Origin: Chiloscyllium plagiosum
Taxonomy: Eukaryota
Direction: 5' to 3'
Assembly: GCF_004010195.1 (NCBI RefSeq)
Contig: NC_057750.1
Coordinates: 7,260,530 to 7,324,529, forward strand
DNA: 64,000 nucleotides
The position numbers were made by a program, and so were the translations under genes. A model generated the notes under the pieces. The model was not told where the DNA came from and ran no database searches. It worked only from the letters and a program-made list of their open reading frames with translations. Numbering within the stretch: position 1 is the stretch's first letter; each line of letters begins with the position of its first letter. Of this stretch, positions 24,835 to 37,947 are shown one piece after another.

Positions 24835-25560
24835 GACTAGGAGCAGGAGTAGGCCGTCTGGCCCCTCCAGCCTGCTCCGTCATTCAATAAGATCATGGCT
24901 GATCTTTATCATGGCCTCAGCCCCACTTACCCACCCTTAATCCCTTTACTGTTCAAAAAAAATTATCGTAGCTTTCAAAACATTCAATGAGGTCACCTCA
25001 ACTGCTTCCCTGGACAGGGAATTCCACAGATTCCCAACCCTCTGGGTGAATAAGTTCCTTCTCAATTCTGTCCTAAATCTGCTCCCCCTAATTTTGAGGC
25101 TATGCCCTTTTGTCCCAGTTTCACCCACCAGTGGAAACATCCTCTCTACCTCTATCTTATCTATTCCCTTCATCATTTTATATGTTTCTATAAGATCCCC
25201 CCTTTAAATTCCAGTGAATATAATCCCAGTCTACTCAGTCTTCCCTCATAAGCCAACCCCCTCAACTCCAGAACCAGCCTAGTGAACCTCCTCTGCAGCC
25301 CCTCCAGTGCCAGTACATCCTTTCTCATGTAAGGAGACCAAAACTACACACAGTACTCCAGATGTGGCCTCACCAACACCCTGTACAGCTGCAGCATAAC
25401 CTCCCTGTTTTTAAACTCAATCCCTCTAACAATGAAGGACAAAATTCCATTCGCCTTCTTAACTACCTGCTGCACTTGCAAACCAGCGTTTTGTGATTCC
25501 TGCACAAGGACACCCAGATCCCTCTGCATAGTAGTTTGCTGCAATTTCATATCATTCAAG
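24835..25560 (-). mobile_element. CR1 LINE 3' fragment (different subfamily)
   Basis: QRDLGVLVQ..KKANGILSFI.RGIEFKNREVMLQLYRVLVRPHLEYCV; RRNLFTQRVGNLWNSL. Confidence 0.92.
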
Positions 25561-25576
25561 TAATAGTCTGTGACTA

Positions 25577-26321
25577 TTGGAGTGAGGCCTGTGACTAGTG
25601 GAGTTCTCTACTTTTTGTCATTTATATAAATGATTTGGATGTGAGCATAAGAGGTACAGTTAGCAAGTTTGCAGGCGACACCAAAATTGGAGGTGTAGTG
25701 GACAGCGAAGAAGGTTACCTCAGATTACAACAGATTCTTGACCAGATGGGCCAATGGGCTGAGAAGTGGCAGATGGAGTTTAATTCAGATAAATGCGAGG
25801 TGCTGCATTTTGGGAAAGCAAATCTTAGCAGGACTTATACACTTAATGGTAAGGTCCTAGGGAGTGTTGCTGAANNNNNNNNNNNNNNNNNNNNNNNNNN
25901 NNNNNNNNNNNNNNNNNNNNNNNNNNNNNNNNGGCTGTTTTCCCTGGAGCGTCGGAGGCTGAGGGGTGACCTTATAGAGGTTTACAAAATTATGAGAGAC
26001 ATGGATAGGATAAATAGGCAAAGTCCAGAACTAGAGGGCATAGGTTTAGGGTGAAAGGGGAAAGATATGAAAGAGACCTAAGGGGCAACTTTTTCACAAA
26101 GATGGTGGTACGTGTATGGAATGAGCTGCCAGAGGAAGTGGTGGAGGCGGGTACAATTGCAACATTTAAGAGGCATTTGGATGGGTATCTGAATAGGAAG
26201 GGTTTGAAGGGATATGGGCCGGGTGCTGGCAGGTGGGACTAGATTGGGTTGGGATATCTGGTCAGCGTGGATGGGTTGGACTGAAGGATCTGTTTCCATG
26301 CTCCACATCTCTATGACTCTA
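25577..26321 (+). mobile_element. HER1/CR1 LINE RT-to-3' fragment spanning a small gap
   Basis: VSKFAGDTKIGG..KWQMEFNSDKCEVLHFG; FSLERRRLRGDLIEVYKIM; tail ctctatgactcta. Confidence 0.93.
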
Positions 26322-28354
26322 AGTGGGTACTGCAGATGCTGGAGGTTAGAGTCCTGATGAGTGCTGGAAAAGCACAGAAGGTCAGGCAACATCCAAGGAG
26401 CAGGAAAATCGACGTATCGGGCAGGAGCCCTTCATCAGGAATGTGGCTCGGAGCGTCAGGGGTGGAGAGATAAATGGGAGGGGGTGTGGGGCTGGGGAGA
26501 AGGTAGCTGAGAGGTAGTGCACTCACTGCTCAAAACATGATCTCCTCTCCAACGGGGAGATCCATCCACATTCCCCACTGCCTCGGGAAAGCAGTCAAAA
26601 TCATCAAAGACCCCGCCACTCCAGTCATACCCTGTTCCATCAGGCAGTAGATAGATTATGACCAAGTCTTGCTCCTAATTGCTTCCTTTTACCCTCACGT
26701 TCATCGTAAACCCTTTGAGTCTGTGGTGGTGATATTTGCCCCTTTGACCGTTTCTGGCTCCTTGTGTACTTGCCACCTCTATCCGTCTGTGGTATCAGGA
26801 AAGGGCTGTTTCTGGTAGTTCACCACCACCAATCCTCCTTTATCTTAGGCCGATCTAATAGAGTCATTGAAGGGCAAGTTTTTCACACAGAGGGTGGTAC
26901 GTGTATGGAACGAGCTGCCAGAGGAAGTGGTGGAGGCTGGTACAATTACAACATTTAAAAGGCATCTGGAAGGGTCCATGAATAGAAAGGCTTTAGAGTG
27001 ATATGGGCCAAGTGCTGGCAAATGGAAGTAGATTAACTTAGGATATCTGGTCAGTGTGGATGAGTTGGACTGAAAGGTCTGTTTCCATGCTGTACCAGAC
27101 TCAAAATGTACTGAGATACTGAATCGTGTTGTTTTATATGCTATCCAGACAAATCCTACTTTACATAAGTACATCAGGGTCATAGAATAGAATGCAGATG
27201 TACTGTTACAGCCACAGAGAAGGTGCAGAGAAAGATCAACTCCAACATATGAGAAGTCTGTTCATAAGTCTGATAACAGCCGGGAAGAAGCTGTTCTTGA
27301 ATCTGTTGGTATGCGTTTTCAAACTTTTATACCTTCTGCCCCAATGGAAGAGGGTTGAAATGGGGTGGGCGGGGTCTTTGATGATGTTGGCAGCTTTCCC
27401 CAGGCAGCAGGAAGTGTAGATGGAGTCACTGGATGGAATTACAACTCTGTTTGGTCAGGTATCATGACTAGGACTTTCTGGAGCCGGTACAGATCCATCT
27501 GCTCCCTCTGAAAGCTAGCATAGTACCCTCTGGTCTCCAACACAGACTGTGTGTGACATCAGTAGAATGGCTGGAGCCAATGTACCATGGTCGTTAACCC
27601 CTTCAGGATCATTACTTGACCCAACACTAATGTTCAAGTTGAAAGCATGACGATATATATACAAAACCACACTCTGAGAGAATTTTTTGGAATGGTTTCT
27701 ACTTCCAAAAAGGGGTTGAATCCGGAATGAGCAGGGAAGGGTTGGATTCATTTGAAATTCTGTGCAAGTAAGGTTTGGGAGCGATTTGAATTCACTCGTA
27801 CAGATGCCACAAGGGCACTTTTCACAGCCCACAGGCAATTTGCAGTCAACAAAACTCTTTGGTCATGTAGGAAATGCAGCAATCAGTCAGCTCCCACAGA
27901 CAGCGATGAGATAGGGACCAGGTCACCTGACTGACAAGGGTAGGGTCAGAGGTTATCGCAGGAAGATTGGAAAGTGGAGCCACACCCACAGACAGAGGAG
28001 TCTTGCTGTTATTAAAAGATAGGGTAGGCTTAGAGGGGCAGAGTGGCCTACTCCTGTTCCTAATTCATGCATTTCTATCAGATTCAGTTGCTGTACTCTG
28101 CGATCTTTGTCCAGTCGTGTTTGTGGGATGGTTTACACCAATCCCAGAGGGCAGATGGGTCAGCATTTATTACTAAAAGACAGCACTTCTGATAGGTCCA
28201 CCCTTTCTCAGTGCGGCATTCAGAATCTCAACCTGCCCCGGGCTTTGAGCTTTAAAACCTCCTGACGTCAAAACTACAGATGCAATGGGACAACGGGAGA
28301 TAAAGGATGGAGGGTCAGCTTTTAAAATCATTGCAGTAGGAGTGAATGGAGTGA

Positions 28355-29720
28355 TGTGTGTGTGTGTGTGTGTGTGTGTGCATGTGCACCTGAAATCACG
28401 TGTGTGCATGCATGGGTGTGCATGTGTATGTCTGTGTATGTAGGAATGTGGGTGTGCATGTATGTAGATGTGTGCACATGTGTGTCCGAATGTACATGTG
28501 TGTGTACATGTGGTGTGCGGGTGTCTGTGTGTGTTTATATATCAGTGTGTGTGTGTGGGTGTATGAGTGTCCAAGTGTGTGTGTGTGTGCATGTGTGTCA
28601 CTCTGTGTGTGAGTGTTTGTGTATATGTATCTGAATCTGTGTGCTTATGTGTGTGGGTGCGGGCTTCTGTGTGTGCATTTATATGTGTGAGTCTGCGTGC
28701 ATGTCATTGAGTGTGTTTTTCTGTATATGTGTATATGTTTGTGTGTGTGTGTGTGTTTCTGTGCATATGTGNNNNNNNNNNNNNNNNNNNNNNNNNNNNN
28801 NNNNNNNNNNNNNNNNNNNNNNNNNNNNNNNNNNNNNNNNNNNNNNNNNNNNNNNNNNNNNNNNNNNNNNNNNNNNNNNNNNNNNNNNNNNNNNNNNNNN
28901 NNNNNNNNNNNNNNNNNNNNNNNNNNNNNNNNNNNNNNNNNNNNNNNNNNNNNNNNNNNNNNNNNNNNNNNNNNNNNNNNNNNNNNNNNNNNNNNNNNNN
29001 NNNNNNNNNNNNNNNNNNNNNNNNNNNNNNNNNNNNNNNNNNNNNNNNNNNNNNNNNNNNNNNNNNNNNNNNNNNNNNNNNNNNNNNNNNNNNNNNNNNN
29101 NNNNNNNNNNNNNNNNNNNNNNNNNNNNNNNNNNNNNNNNNNNNNNNNNNNNNNNNNNNNNNNNNNNNNNNNNNNNNNNNNNNNNNNNNNNNNNNNNNNN
29201 NNNNNNNNNNNNNNNNNNNNNNNNNNNNNNNNNNNNNNNNNNNNNNNNNNNNNNNNNNNNNNNNNNNNNNNNNNNNNNNNNNNNNNNNNNNNNNNNNNNN
29301 NNNNNNNNNNNNNNNNNNNNNNNNNNNNNNNNNNNNNNNNNNNNNNNNNNNNNNNNNNNNNNNNNNNNNNNNNTGTGTGTGTGTGTGTATATACACACAC
29401 CCACACACACACAATCACACACGCCCCCAAACACACACCCACACACACACCTACGCACACACACATACTCACACACATGCGCAAACACACACAGATGAAG
29501 ACACATACAGACACACACGTATACTCACGCACAGACACACACACATGCACACACACACATGCATACACACACATACGCACATACACAGACACACACATAT
29601 GCACCAACACACACCCACTCACACGCATGTGCACACACACACAGAGATGCAAGCAAACACAGACACACACACACTCACATGCGCACACACACAGACACAG
29701 ACACACATACACACACACAC
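28355..29720. repeat. Long degenerate (TG)n then (CA)n microsatellite spanning gap
   Basis: TG-rich 28355-28771 and 29374-29388; CA-rich from ~29392 to 29720. Confidence 0.95.
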
Positions 29721-30902
29721 AGTATTCTGACCAATAATTATCATTTAGAGCACATTGTGAAATCAGATCGTCAGCTCATCGTCTCATAGCATGGCTGTTG
29801 GATCTTGCTGTGCTTCAGTGGGATGCCCTTTCCTGTGAGAGGGTGACGCTGTGAGACTGTCCTGCGCCTCCCCACGCTCCGGACTTGGCTGCCATCCATT
29901 TCAGTTTCCTGGGATCCCGAGCTCCAGGACTCCCTCCCTAAACCTCTCCGCCTCCCCCTCTCTCTTTTAAGGCACTGACTCTTGGTCGGGACACCTCCTT
30001 GCTCTGCTCCTCCACACTCGCACCCCCCCCCACCACCCCCCACCAATAAATCCCCACCGTTGGCCCAGTGTCAAACGCTGCTCAGCAACGCTCCTTAGCG
30101 TGGGACGGATTGACTATGTTGAAGGCAATATACAAATGCAGGGCTGCTAACACGGGTGGTGGGGTCCCAAGCATCACCCCTTCGTGGTGGTGTGACCCAT
30201 GGGAACACAGCAGGACCCTTCGGCCTATCTAGTGTGCGCCAGCCGAAAGTACCCACCTCGCTAATCTAACCCCACATTGACCCAAAGGTCCTGGATAAAT
30301 GGGACATAATTAAAACTTTCTGCTGCATTGGCTCCAATGGAGGACAATGTTCCTACCCTTGGCTGACAAACGTTGGATAGGCAATGAGCAGCCTCAAACG
30401 CTGGCACCCACTAGGTAGTGTCCCTGCCTCTGGGCCAGAGTCCCCCAGTTTAATTCCCAAATTGGCCACGGAGACTGCGTCACTGTGCTGTCAAAAAGGT
30501 TGACCTATAAATCATGAATCTCTCTGATACACCAGTGGCAGGCTGTATGTACGGGACAGTGTTCTGCTGCAACAGAATGCCCTCCCACAGAGGAACAGCC
30601 TGACTGACCTTTAAAAACAAAATCCTCATTCTTCCCTTGACCATGTATCGTCTCCATTCTGAGGGACTACCATCTCCAAGTCGACCTTTTCTGAAAGTTA
30701 TTTAACCCGTTCAGAGATGTTATTAAACACCTCTGGTGAAGGCGGGACTTGAACTCAGTTCCGAGGAGGACATGAGGACTGCAGATGCTGGAGAGCCATA
30801 ATCAAAAAGTGTGGAATCCTGTTGAAGGGCTTATGCCCGAAACGTCGACTGTCCTGCCCCTCGGGTGGTGCCTGACCCGCTGTGCTTTACAGTGCCCACA
30901 CT

Positions 30903-31905
30903 TAGAGTCATAGAGATGTACAGCATGGGAACAGACCATTCGGTCCAACCAGACCATGCCGACAGATATCCCAACCCAATCTAGTCCCACCTGCCAGCAC
31001 CCGGCCCATATCCCTCCAAACCCTTCCTATTCATATATCCATCCAGATGCCTCTTAGATGTTGTAATTGTACCAGCCTCCACCACTTCCTCATGCAGCTC
31101 ATTCCATACACGCACCACCCTCTGTGTGAAAAAGTTGCCCCTTAGGTCTCTTTTATATCTTTCCCCTCTCACCCTAAACCTATGCCCTCTAGTTCTGGAC
31201 TCCCCCCACCCCAACGAAAAGACTTTGCCTATTTACCCTATCCATGCCCCTCATGATTTTATAAACCTCTATAAGGTCACCCCTCAGCCTCCAATGCTCC
31301 AGGGAAAACAGCNNNNNNNNNNNNNNNNNNNNNNNNNNNNNNNNNNNNNNNNNNNNNNNNNNNNNNNNNNNNNNNNNNNNNNNNNNNNNNNNNNNNNNNN
31401 NNNNNNNNNNNNNNNNNNNNNNNNNNNNNNNNNNNNNNNNNNNNNNNNNNNNNNNNNNNNNNNNNNNNNNNNNNNNNNNNNNNNNNNNNNNNNNNNNNNN
31501 NNNNNNNNNNNNNNNNNNNNNNNNNNNNNNNNNNNNNNNNNNNNNNNNNNNNNNNNNNNNNNNNNNNNNNNNNNNNNNNNNNNNNNNNNNNNNNNNNNNN
31601 NNNNNNCATCTAAATCATTTATGTAAATGACAAAAATTAGAGGGCCCAGCACCGATCCTTGTGGCACTCCACTGGTCACAGGCCAGTCTGAAAAACAACC
31701 CTCCACCACCACCCTCTGTCTTCTATCTTTGAGCCAGTTCTGTATCCAAATGGCTAGTTCTCCCTGTATTCCATGAGATCTAACCTTGCTAATCAGTCTC
31801 CCATGGGGAACCTTGTCGAACGCCTTACTGAAGTCCATATAGATCACATCTACTGCTCTGCCCTCATCAATCTTCTTTGTTACTTCTTCAAAAAACTCAA
31901 TCAAG
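30903..31905 (-). mobile_element. HER1/CR1 LINE, 5'-truncated, spanning gap
   Basis: [39 protein letters not shown] on the right; C-terminus and tail on the left. Confidence 0.95.
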
Positions 31906-32601
31906 TTGTTTTCGACTTGAACTCAGGCCTCCCAGTCCAAGGGTGGAGAAACTACCTCTTTTAATTCACAAGATGATGGTGTCAGCATTTATTGCCCCCT
32001 CCCTAATTGTCCAGAGGGCATCGCTGTGGGTCTGGGGTCACGTGTAGGCCAGACTAGGGAAGGATGGCAGTTTCCTTCCCTAACAGACATTAACAAACCA
32101 GTTGGGTTTTTCCAAACAATGGCTATGGATTCCTGGTCATCATTATACTCTTAATTCCAAGTTTACATTGAATTCAAATTCCACCATCTGCCGTGGCAGA
32201 ATTTAAACCCCAGAACATGACCTGGGTCTTTGCCTTAACAATCCAGCGATAATACCACTCGGGCATCACCTCCCCTTTTGGTAACCTTAGCACTATGACC
32301 TTAGTATGATGGAGTCATTAGAACACAGAAAGGGCTGTGGCAACTCTCGATAAAACAATCCATTTGATCCCATTCCCACCCGCTCCGAACTCTGTAACCA
32401 TGACTCTTTATTTCCCTCCAGTATCCATCTGATTTCCTCTCAAAACTATTCACTGTCTCTGCTCCTAGTGCTCTCCAACTCATTCTCCCCATCACGTTGC
32501 CAATAAAACTCATTCTCTCACACATCTCTTGCCCAGAATGTCAAATCTGTGGTAACCCCTCCAAGTCTCTTGAATATCATCTCATGAGAACAGCTTCCTT
32601 T

Positions 32602-33089
32602 TTATTTATTTTTTTCTTCTTTCTTTTATTTTGACACTACCACCTAACAGCGGTAGTGCTTATTTTTCCCCAGCACCCATGTCGTGTGCGTGCGGGTGCC
32701 GGGCACAGTGAAGAACAACAAGGGTGTAAATCTTTATTTATATTCCACAGAGTGGCCAGTGACAAGCAGGGCCCATCTCAAAGGGCAATGCTGTGTGATC
32801 AAACAGTGAAGGGGAGGGCAGGGATTAAATCAAAATAGAATTGGAGGGGGAAATAATGCACTCCAATCCCTGCGGTGCCCACCTTTCTCTGAACAAGTCC
32901 AGGGTGTTGGTGGACACCGCGTGCTCCTTCTACAGAGACACCCGGGCTCTAACGTAACCGCGGAAGAGGGGCAGGCAGTCGGCCCTAACGACCCCCTCCA
33001 CGGCCCGCTGCCTGGACCTGTTTATGGCCAGTTTGGCCATGCCCAGGAGCAGGCCCACGAGGAGGTCCTCTGACCTACCCTGCCCCCTC
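32602..33089 (-). mobile_element. Tx1-like (L1 clade) retrotransposon 3' end
   Basis: EDLLVGLLLGMAKLAINRSRQRAVEG..DCLPLFRGYVRARVSL*KEHAVSTNTLDLFRERWAPQG..ILI*; 3' UTR, aataaa and A-rich tail; approximate TSD aacagcttccttt (32589-32601) / aacagctttccttt (33090-33103). Confidence 0.75.
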
Positions 33090-34119
33090 AACAGCTTTCC
33101 TTTATCTGCTTTATCTCAACCTATTTCCCCCTGAACGAGGTGAACAATATCAGGCAACGTCTCAAATTCTACAGAATTCTCTTACGTAAGTTCACAAGAT
33201 GGAGGAGCAGAATTAGGCCATTTGGCCCATTGAGTCTACTCCGCCATTCGATCGTAGCCGATATGCTCCTCACCTCCATTTTCCCGCCTTCTCTCCATAG
33301 CCTTACAACCCATTACCAATTAAAAATCTGTTTAAGTCCTCCTTAAATTTTCTCACTGTCCCAGTATCCGATTCCACAGATTCACAACCCTTTGGGAAAA
33401 GTAGTTTCTCCTCAACTCTGTTTTAGATTTGCTACCCCTCATCCTAAGACTATGCCATCTGATCCTAGAATGCCCCATAAGAGTAAGCGTCCGCTCCACG
33501 TCTATTTTATCCACACCTTTAACATCTTGAATACCTCAATTTGATCCCCCCCTCGTTCTTCGAACTTCCAGAGAGTATAGGCCTAAACTCTTCAATCTCT
33601 CCTCATACAACAAAGCCGTCATCTCTGGGATCAATCTACATATGATTAAAGTAAAAGGGGACAAGTTTAAAGCAGGTGTAAGAGGTAGTTTTTTTTTTCC
33701 AGCACTTGCCAGAGGAGGTGGTGGGAGCAGATGCAGTAGCAGTGTTTAAGAAGCAGCTTGATAGATCATGAAGAGGCTGGGAATAGAGGGATACCGATAA
33801 CTCAGAGACAAAAGGGTTTCAGAAAGGCATCATGCGTCAGCACAGGTGTGATGGGCCGAATGGCCTGTTTCCGTGCTGTTCTGTTCTTTGTTATTTGATT
33901 GCTGTGTAGTTCACTCAGCATCCCTGAATCATATCACATTTGACCTGACATTGATTAGTGAGTCAGCCACACATCAGGGTTGAGTGACAGCAAAAAGAGC
34001 TATGCTCAACATTTTTAAAAAGAAACGTGTTCCTGGGATGTGGCTAGAATTTATTGTGCATCCCTAACTGCCCAACTGGACTAATCCCATAAACACAGTG
34101 ACTATAAGAACAGATCACA

Positions 34120-34705
34120 GGCTCGGAATCCTGCAGTGAGTAACTCCCCTCCTGACTCCCCAAAGCCTGTCCACCATCTACAAGGCACAAGTCAGGAGTG
34201 TGATGGAATACTCCCCACTTGCCCCGGATGGGGGCAGCTCCAACAACACTCAAGAAGCTCAACACCATCCAGGACAAAGCAGCCCCCGCTTGATTGGCCC
34301 CACATCCACAAACATTCACTCCCTCCACCACTGACGCTCAGTAACAACAGTGTGTAATGTCCACAAGACACACTGCAGGAATTCACCAAAGGTCTTCATA
34401 CAGCACCTTCCAAACCTGCAACCACTTCCATCTAGAAGGACAAGAGCAGCAGATACATGGGAACACCACCCCCTGCAAGTCCCCCTCCAAGCCATTCACC
34501 ATCCTGACTCGGAAATATAAAGCCGTTCCTTCAGTGTCGCTGGGTCAAAATCCTTGGTATTCCCATCCCTAAGGGTATTGTGGGTCAACCCACAGCAGGT
34601 GAACTGCAGCGGTTCAAGAAGGCAGCTCACCCCCACCTTCTCAAGGGGCAACTAAGGACAGGCAATAAATGCTGGGCCCAGCCAGTGACACCCAAGTCCC
34701 ACGCA
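34120..34705 (+). mobile_element. Non-LTR retrotransposon 3' end (clade uncertain), likely partner of SINE family B
   Basis: LLTPQSLSTIYKAQVRSVMEYSPLA..AAPTTLKKLNTIQDKAA; tail ggcaataaatgctgg shared with SINE family B. Further pieces at ~43745-44055 (-), 52776-53030 (+) and 53150-53405 (-). Confidence 0.8.
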
Positions 34706-35489
34706 TGTCGATAAATGTTGAGAATTAACCACGTTACTGTGAGTCTAAAGTCACGTGGAGGCCAGACCAGGTAAGGATGGCAGTTTCTTTCCCTCAAGGA
34801 CATTGGTGAACCAGATATGTTTTTTACAAAATTTGTTAGTGGTAGCATGTTGAAGCAGTATTTTTAAAACTGAACACCAGTTCTGTCATCTGATGGGATA
34901 TGAACCCTTAACTGCAGAGCAGTGGCCTGTGACTCAGGGTTATGACCCCACTGACATGATCATTACGGCACAACCTCCCCCCGCCCTGCTGAATGTCAAT
35001 AATGCTGGAGGTCGCAGTGGGTCAGGCAACATCCACAGAGAGAGAGCAAGCTAACGTTTTGAGTCTAGATGACTCTTCATCAGAGCCACTTGCTGTCAGG
35101 TTGCTCACAGACGGGTTGAGAGGGGGCAGCGTTTGAAAAATCTGGATTAGCATTTGACTCAGTTACAACAACAACCACTCTTGCCAGTAGTCGCTACGCA
35201 AAGGCATGAGCAAAAAATAGAACAATTGACATTCAGCCAGCACCTCACAGTCACAGACAACCAAGTGCCAGTGAAACCTAACAGTGGATGCTGCAAATTT
35301 CAGATCATAGAATCCCTGCAGTGTGGAAACAGGCCCTTCGGCCTAACAAGCCCACACTGACCCTCCAAAGAGTAACCCACCCAGGCTCATTCCCCTACCT
35401 TTAATCCCTGACTTAATGCACCTAGCCTACACATCCCTGAACACTATGAGCAATCCACACTAACCTGCATATCTTCGGACTGTGGCCCA

Positions 35490-35945
35490 ACTCACCCATG
35501 CCGATCAAATACTCTAACCCAATCGAGTCCCATTTGCCAGCATTAGGCCCATATCCCTCCAAACCCTTCCTATTCATATACCCATCCAGATGCCCTTTAA
35601 ATGCTGTAATTGTACCAGCCTCCACCACTTCCTCTGGCAGCTCATTCCATTCACGCACCACCCTCTGTGTTAAAAAGTTGCCTCTTAAGTCCCTTTTAAA
35701 TCTTTCCCCTCGCACCCTAAACCTATGCCGTCTAGTTCTGGACTCCCCCACCCTGGGGAAAAGACTTTGTCTATTTATCCTATCCATGCCCCTCATGATT
35801 TTGTAAACCTCTATAAGGTCACCCCCTCAGCCTCCGATGCTCCAGGGAAAACAGCCCCAGCCTGTTCAGCCTCTCCCTGTACCTCAAACCCTCCAACCCT
35901 GGCAACATCCTTGTAAATCTTTTCTGCACCCTCTCAAGTTTAACA
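35490..35945 (-). mobile_element. HER1/CR1 LINE 3' fragment
   Basis: RGNFLTQRVVREWNELPEEVVEAG. Confidence 0.92.
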
Positions 35946-37367
35946 ACGTGCTTGGTGTGAGCTAGCATTGATATGATGGGTCAAATGCCTTCCTTCTGTG
36001 CTATTATGCTTCTGTCATTTTCTAATCCGAAACCTCCTTGTCTCTTGACGGTGTCCGTCTTCCCGAAGGTGATCAGGGAAGGAGAACGGATGCAAGCCTC
36101 ACTGGAAACAAATAATTTCTCCAGTTTCCTCACGGTCAGGAAAGGCGAGAACAAGTCTCAACTAAAGTCAATTATCGAGGTAAATAGGAAGTACTTAAGG
36201 GTAGGCATTCAGATCTAAAAATAGTTCTGCCTTGGGTGAAGGTGATATCTGACAGACCAGCCCCTCAAACCACGTCCTTGACTGTAAGCTATCAAGTGGC
36301 TTCAATCAGTGCTCTTGCAAATGCGCTGACTGCTTTTTCAATAAACACACTTATATCAGCAAGTTAACAACTGTGAAGAAATGTCAACCATCATTAAAAT
36401 CCCATTAAAATGCAATCTGATTGAGGGAGCCCTGTCTCTGTGTGTCGCTATAACCTTCAGTACTTTAATATATGGGGCTCTGAGTCATGGAATCACCTTG
36501 CGTGTCTAGGTCCTCTGTGATATTAGGACAAACAGTAAAGCTTTGGGCTTCTTTATCAAAGTCCAAAGCTGATAGGCTTACTTCTTCCTAACAGATGCAT
36601 ATCTCCACCAAAAACCCCAATCTGAGACGTGGTAAGGACCATGGGGAAATATCCTGGTGAATAGATTAGATTCCCTACAGTGTGGAAACAGGCCCTTCAG
36701 CCCAAACCGACCCTCCGAAGAATAACCCACCCAGATCCATTCCCCTACCCCATATTTGCCCCTGAGTAACGCACCTAACACGACGGACAATTTAGCATGG
36801 CCAATTCACCTAACCTGCCCACCTTCGGATTATGGGAGGAAACCGGAGCAAACCCACGCAGACACGGGGAGAATGTGTAAACTCCACACAGACAGTCGCC
36901 CAAGGCTGGAATCGAACCTGGGTCCCTGGTGCTGTGAGGCAGCGGTGCTAACCACTGAGCCACCATGCTGCCCCATGGTGTATGGCTTAGTTTTCACACA
37001 CCCATAAATCACCTGATAATCTCTGGGTAGATTGATTGGCACTAATCCTTCCCAAGTCATTAGGCGAAGTCACTCAAACCACATAAAGAGCTTGGGCTCA
37101 GTCTTGATAAATAGTAAAACGTTTATTACGCAGTGCATCATAGCTGTTTACATTTGAGCTGAGATATTATCAGGCTCAAGTTAAGGGGAGGTGCTGGCTG
37201 TAACACAGAGAAACGACTAGGTTAGCCCTTCCCAGGAACAGTGGTCCTTGGGGGAGCTTATCTCAATGATGTTGGATGGCCATTGCAGGCACCAATGTGT
37301 ACAACACATCCCACTGGCTTAATGGTGTATCTCTGAGGTTAATTAAGAGGCAGTTTACTGTGTCACA

Positions 37368-37947
37368 TAGAGGGAGCTTTACTCTGTACCTAACCCTGTG
37401 CTGCCCCTGTCCTGGGAGTGTTTGATGGGAACAGTGTACAGGGAGCTTTATTCAGTATCTAACCCGTGCTGGCCCTGTCCTGGGAGTGTTTGATGGGGGA
37501 CAGTGTAGAGGGAGCTTTACTCTGTATCTAACCTGTGCTGTCCCTGTCCTGGGAGTGTTTGATGGGGACAGTGTAGAGAGAGCTTTACTCTGTATCTAAC
37601 CTGTGCTGTCCCTGTCCTGGGAGCGTTTGATGGGGGACAGTGTGGAGAGAGCTTTACTCTATATCTAATCCTGTGCTGTTGTGCTGTCCCTGTCCTGGGA
37701 GTGTTTGATGGGAGACACTGTAGAGGGAGCTTTACTCTTTATCTAACCCCGTGCTGTCCCTGTCCTGGGAGTGTTTGATGGGGACAGTGTAGAGGGAGCT
37801 TTACCCTTTATCTAACCCCGTGCTGTCCCTGTCCTGGGGGTGTTTGCTGGGGGACAGTGTAGAGAGAGCTTTACTCTGTATCTAACCCTGTGCTGTCCCT
37901 GTCTTGGGAGTGTTTGATGGGGGAACAGTGTAGAGGGAGCTTTACTT
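37368..37947. repeat. Tandem repeat, 68-70 bp unit, ~8 copies
   Basis: Unit agagggagctttactctgtatctaaccccgtgctgtccctgtcctgggagtgtttgatggggacagtgt; same family at 58025-58586; degraded gagctttact echoes continue to ~38205. Confidence 0.95.

Noticed and set aside
28356..29789. Cys/Val- and His/Thr-rich ORFs
   Set aside because: TG/CA microsatellite translations plus gap.
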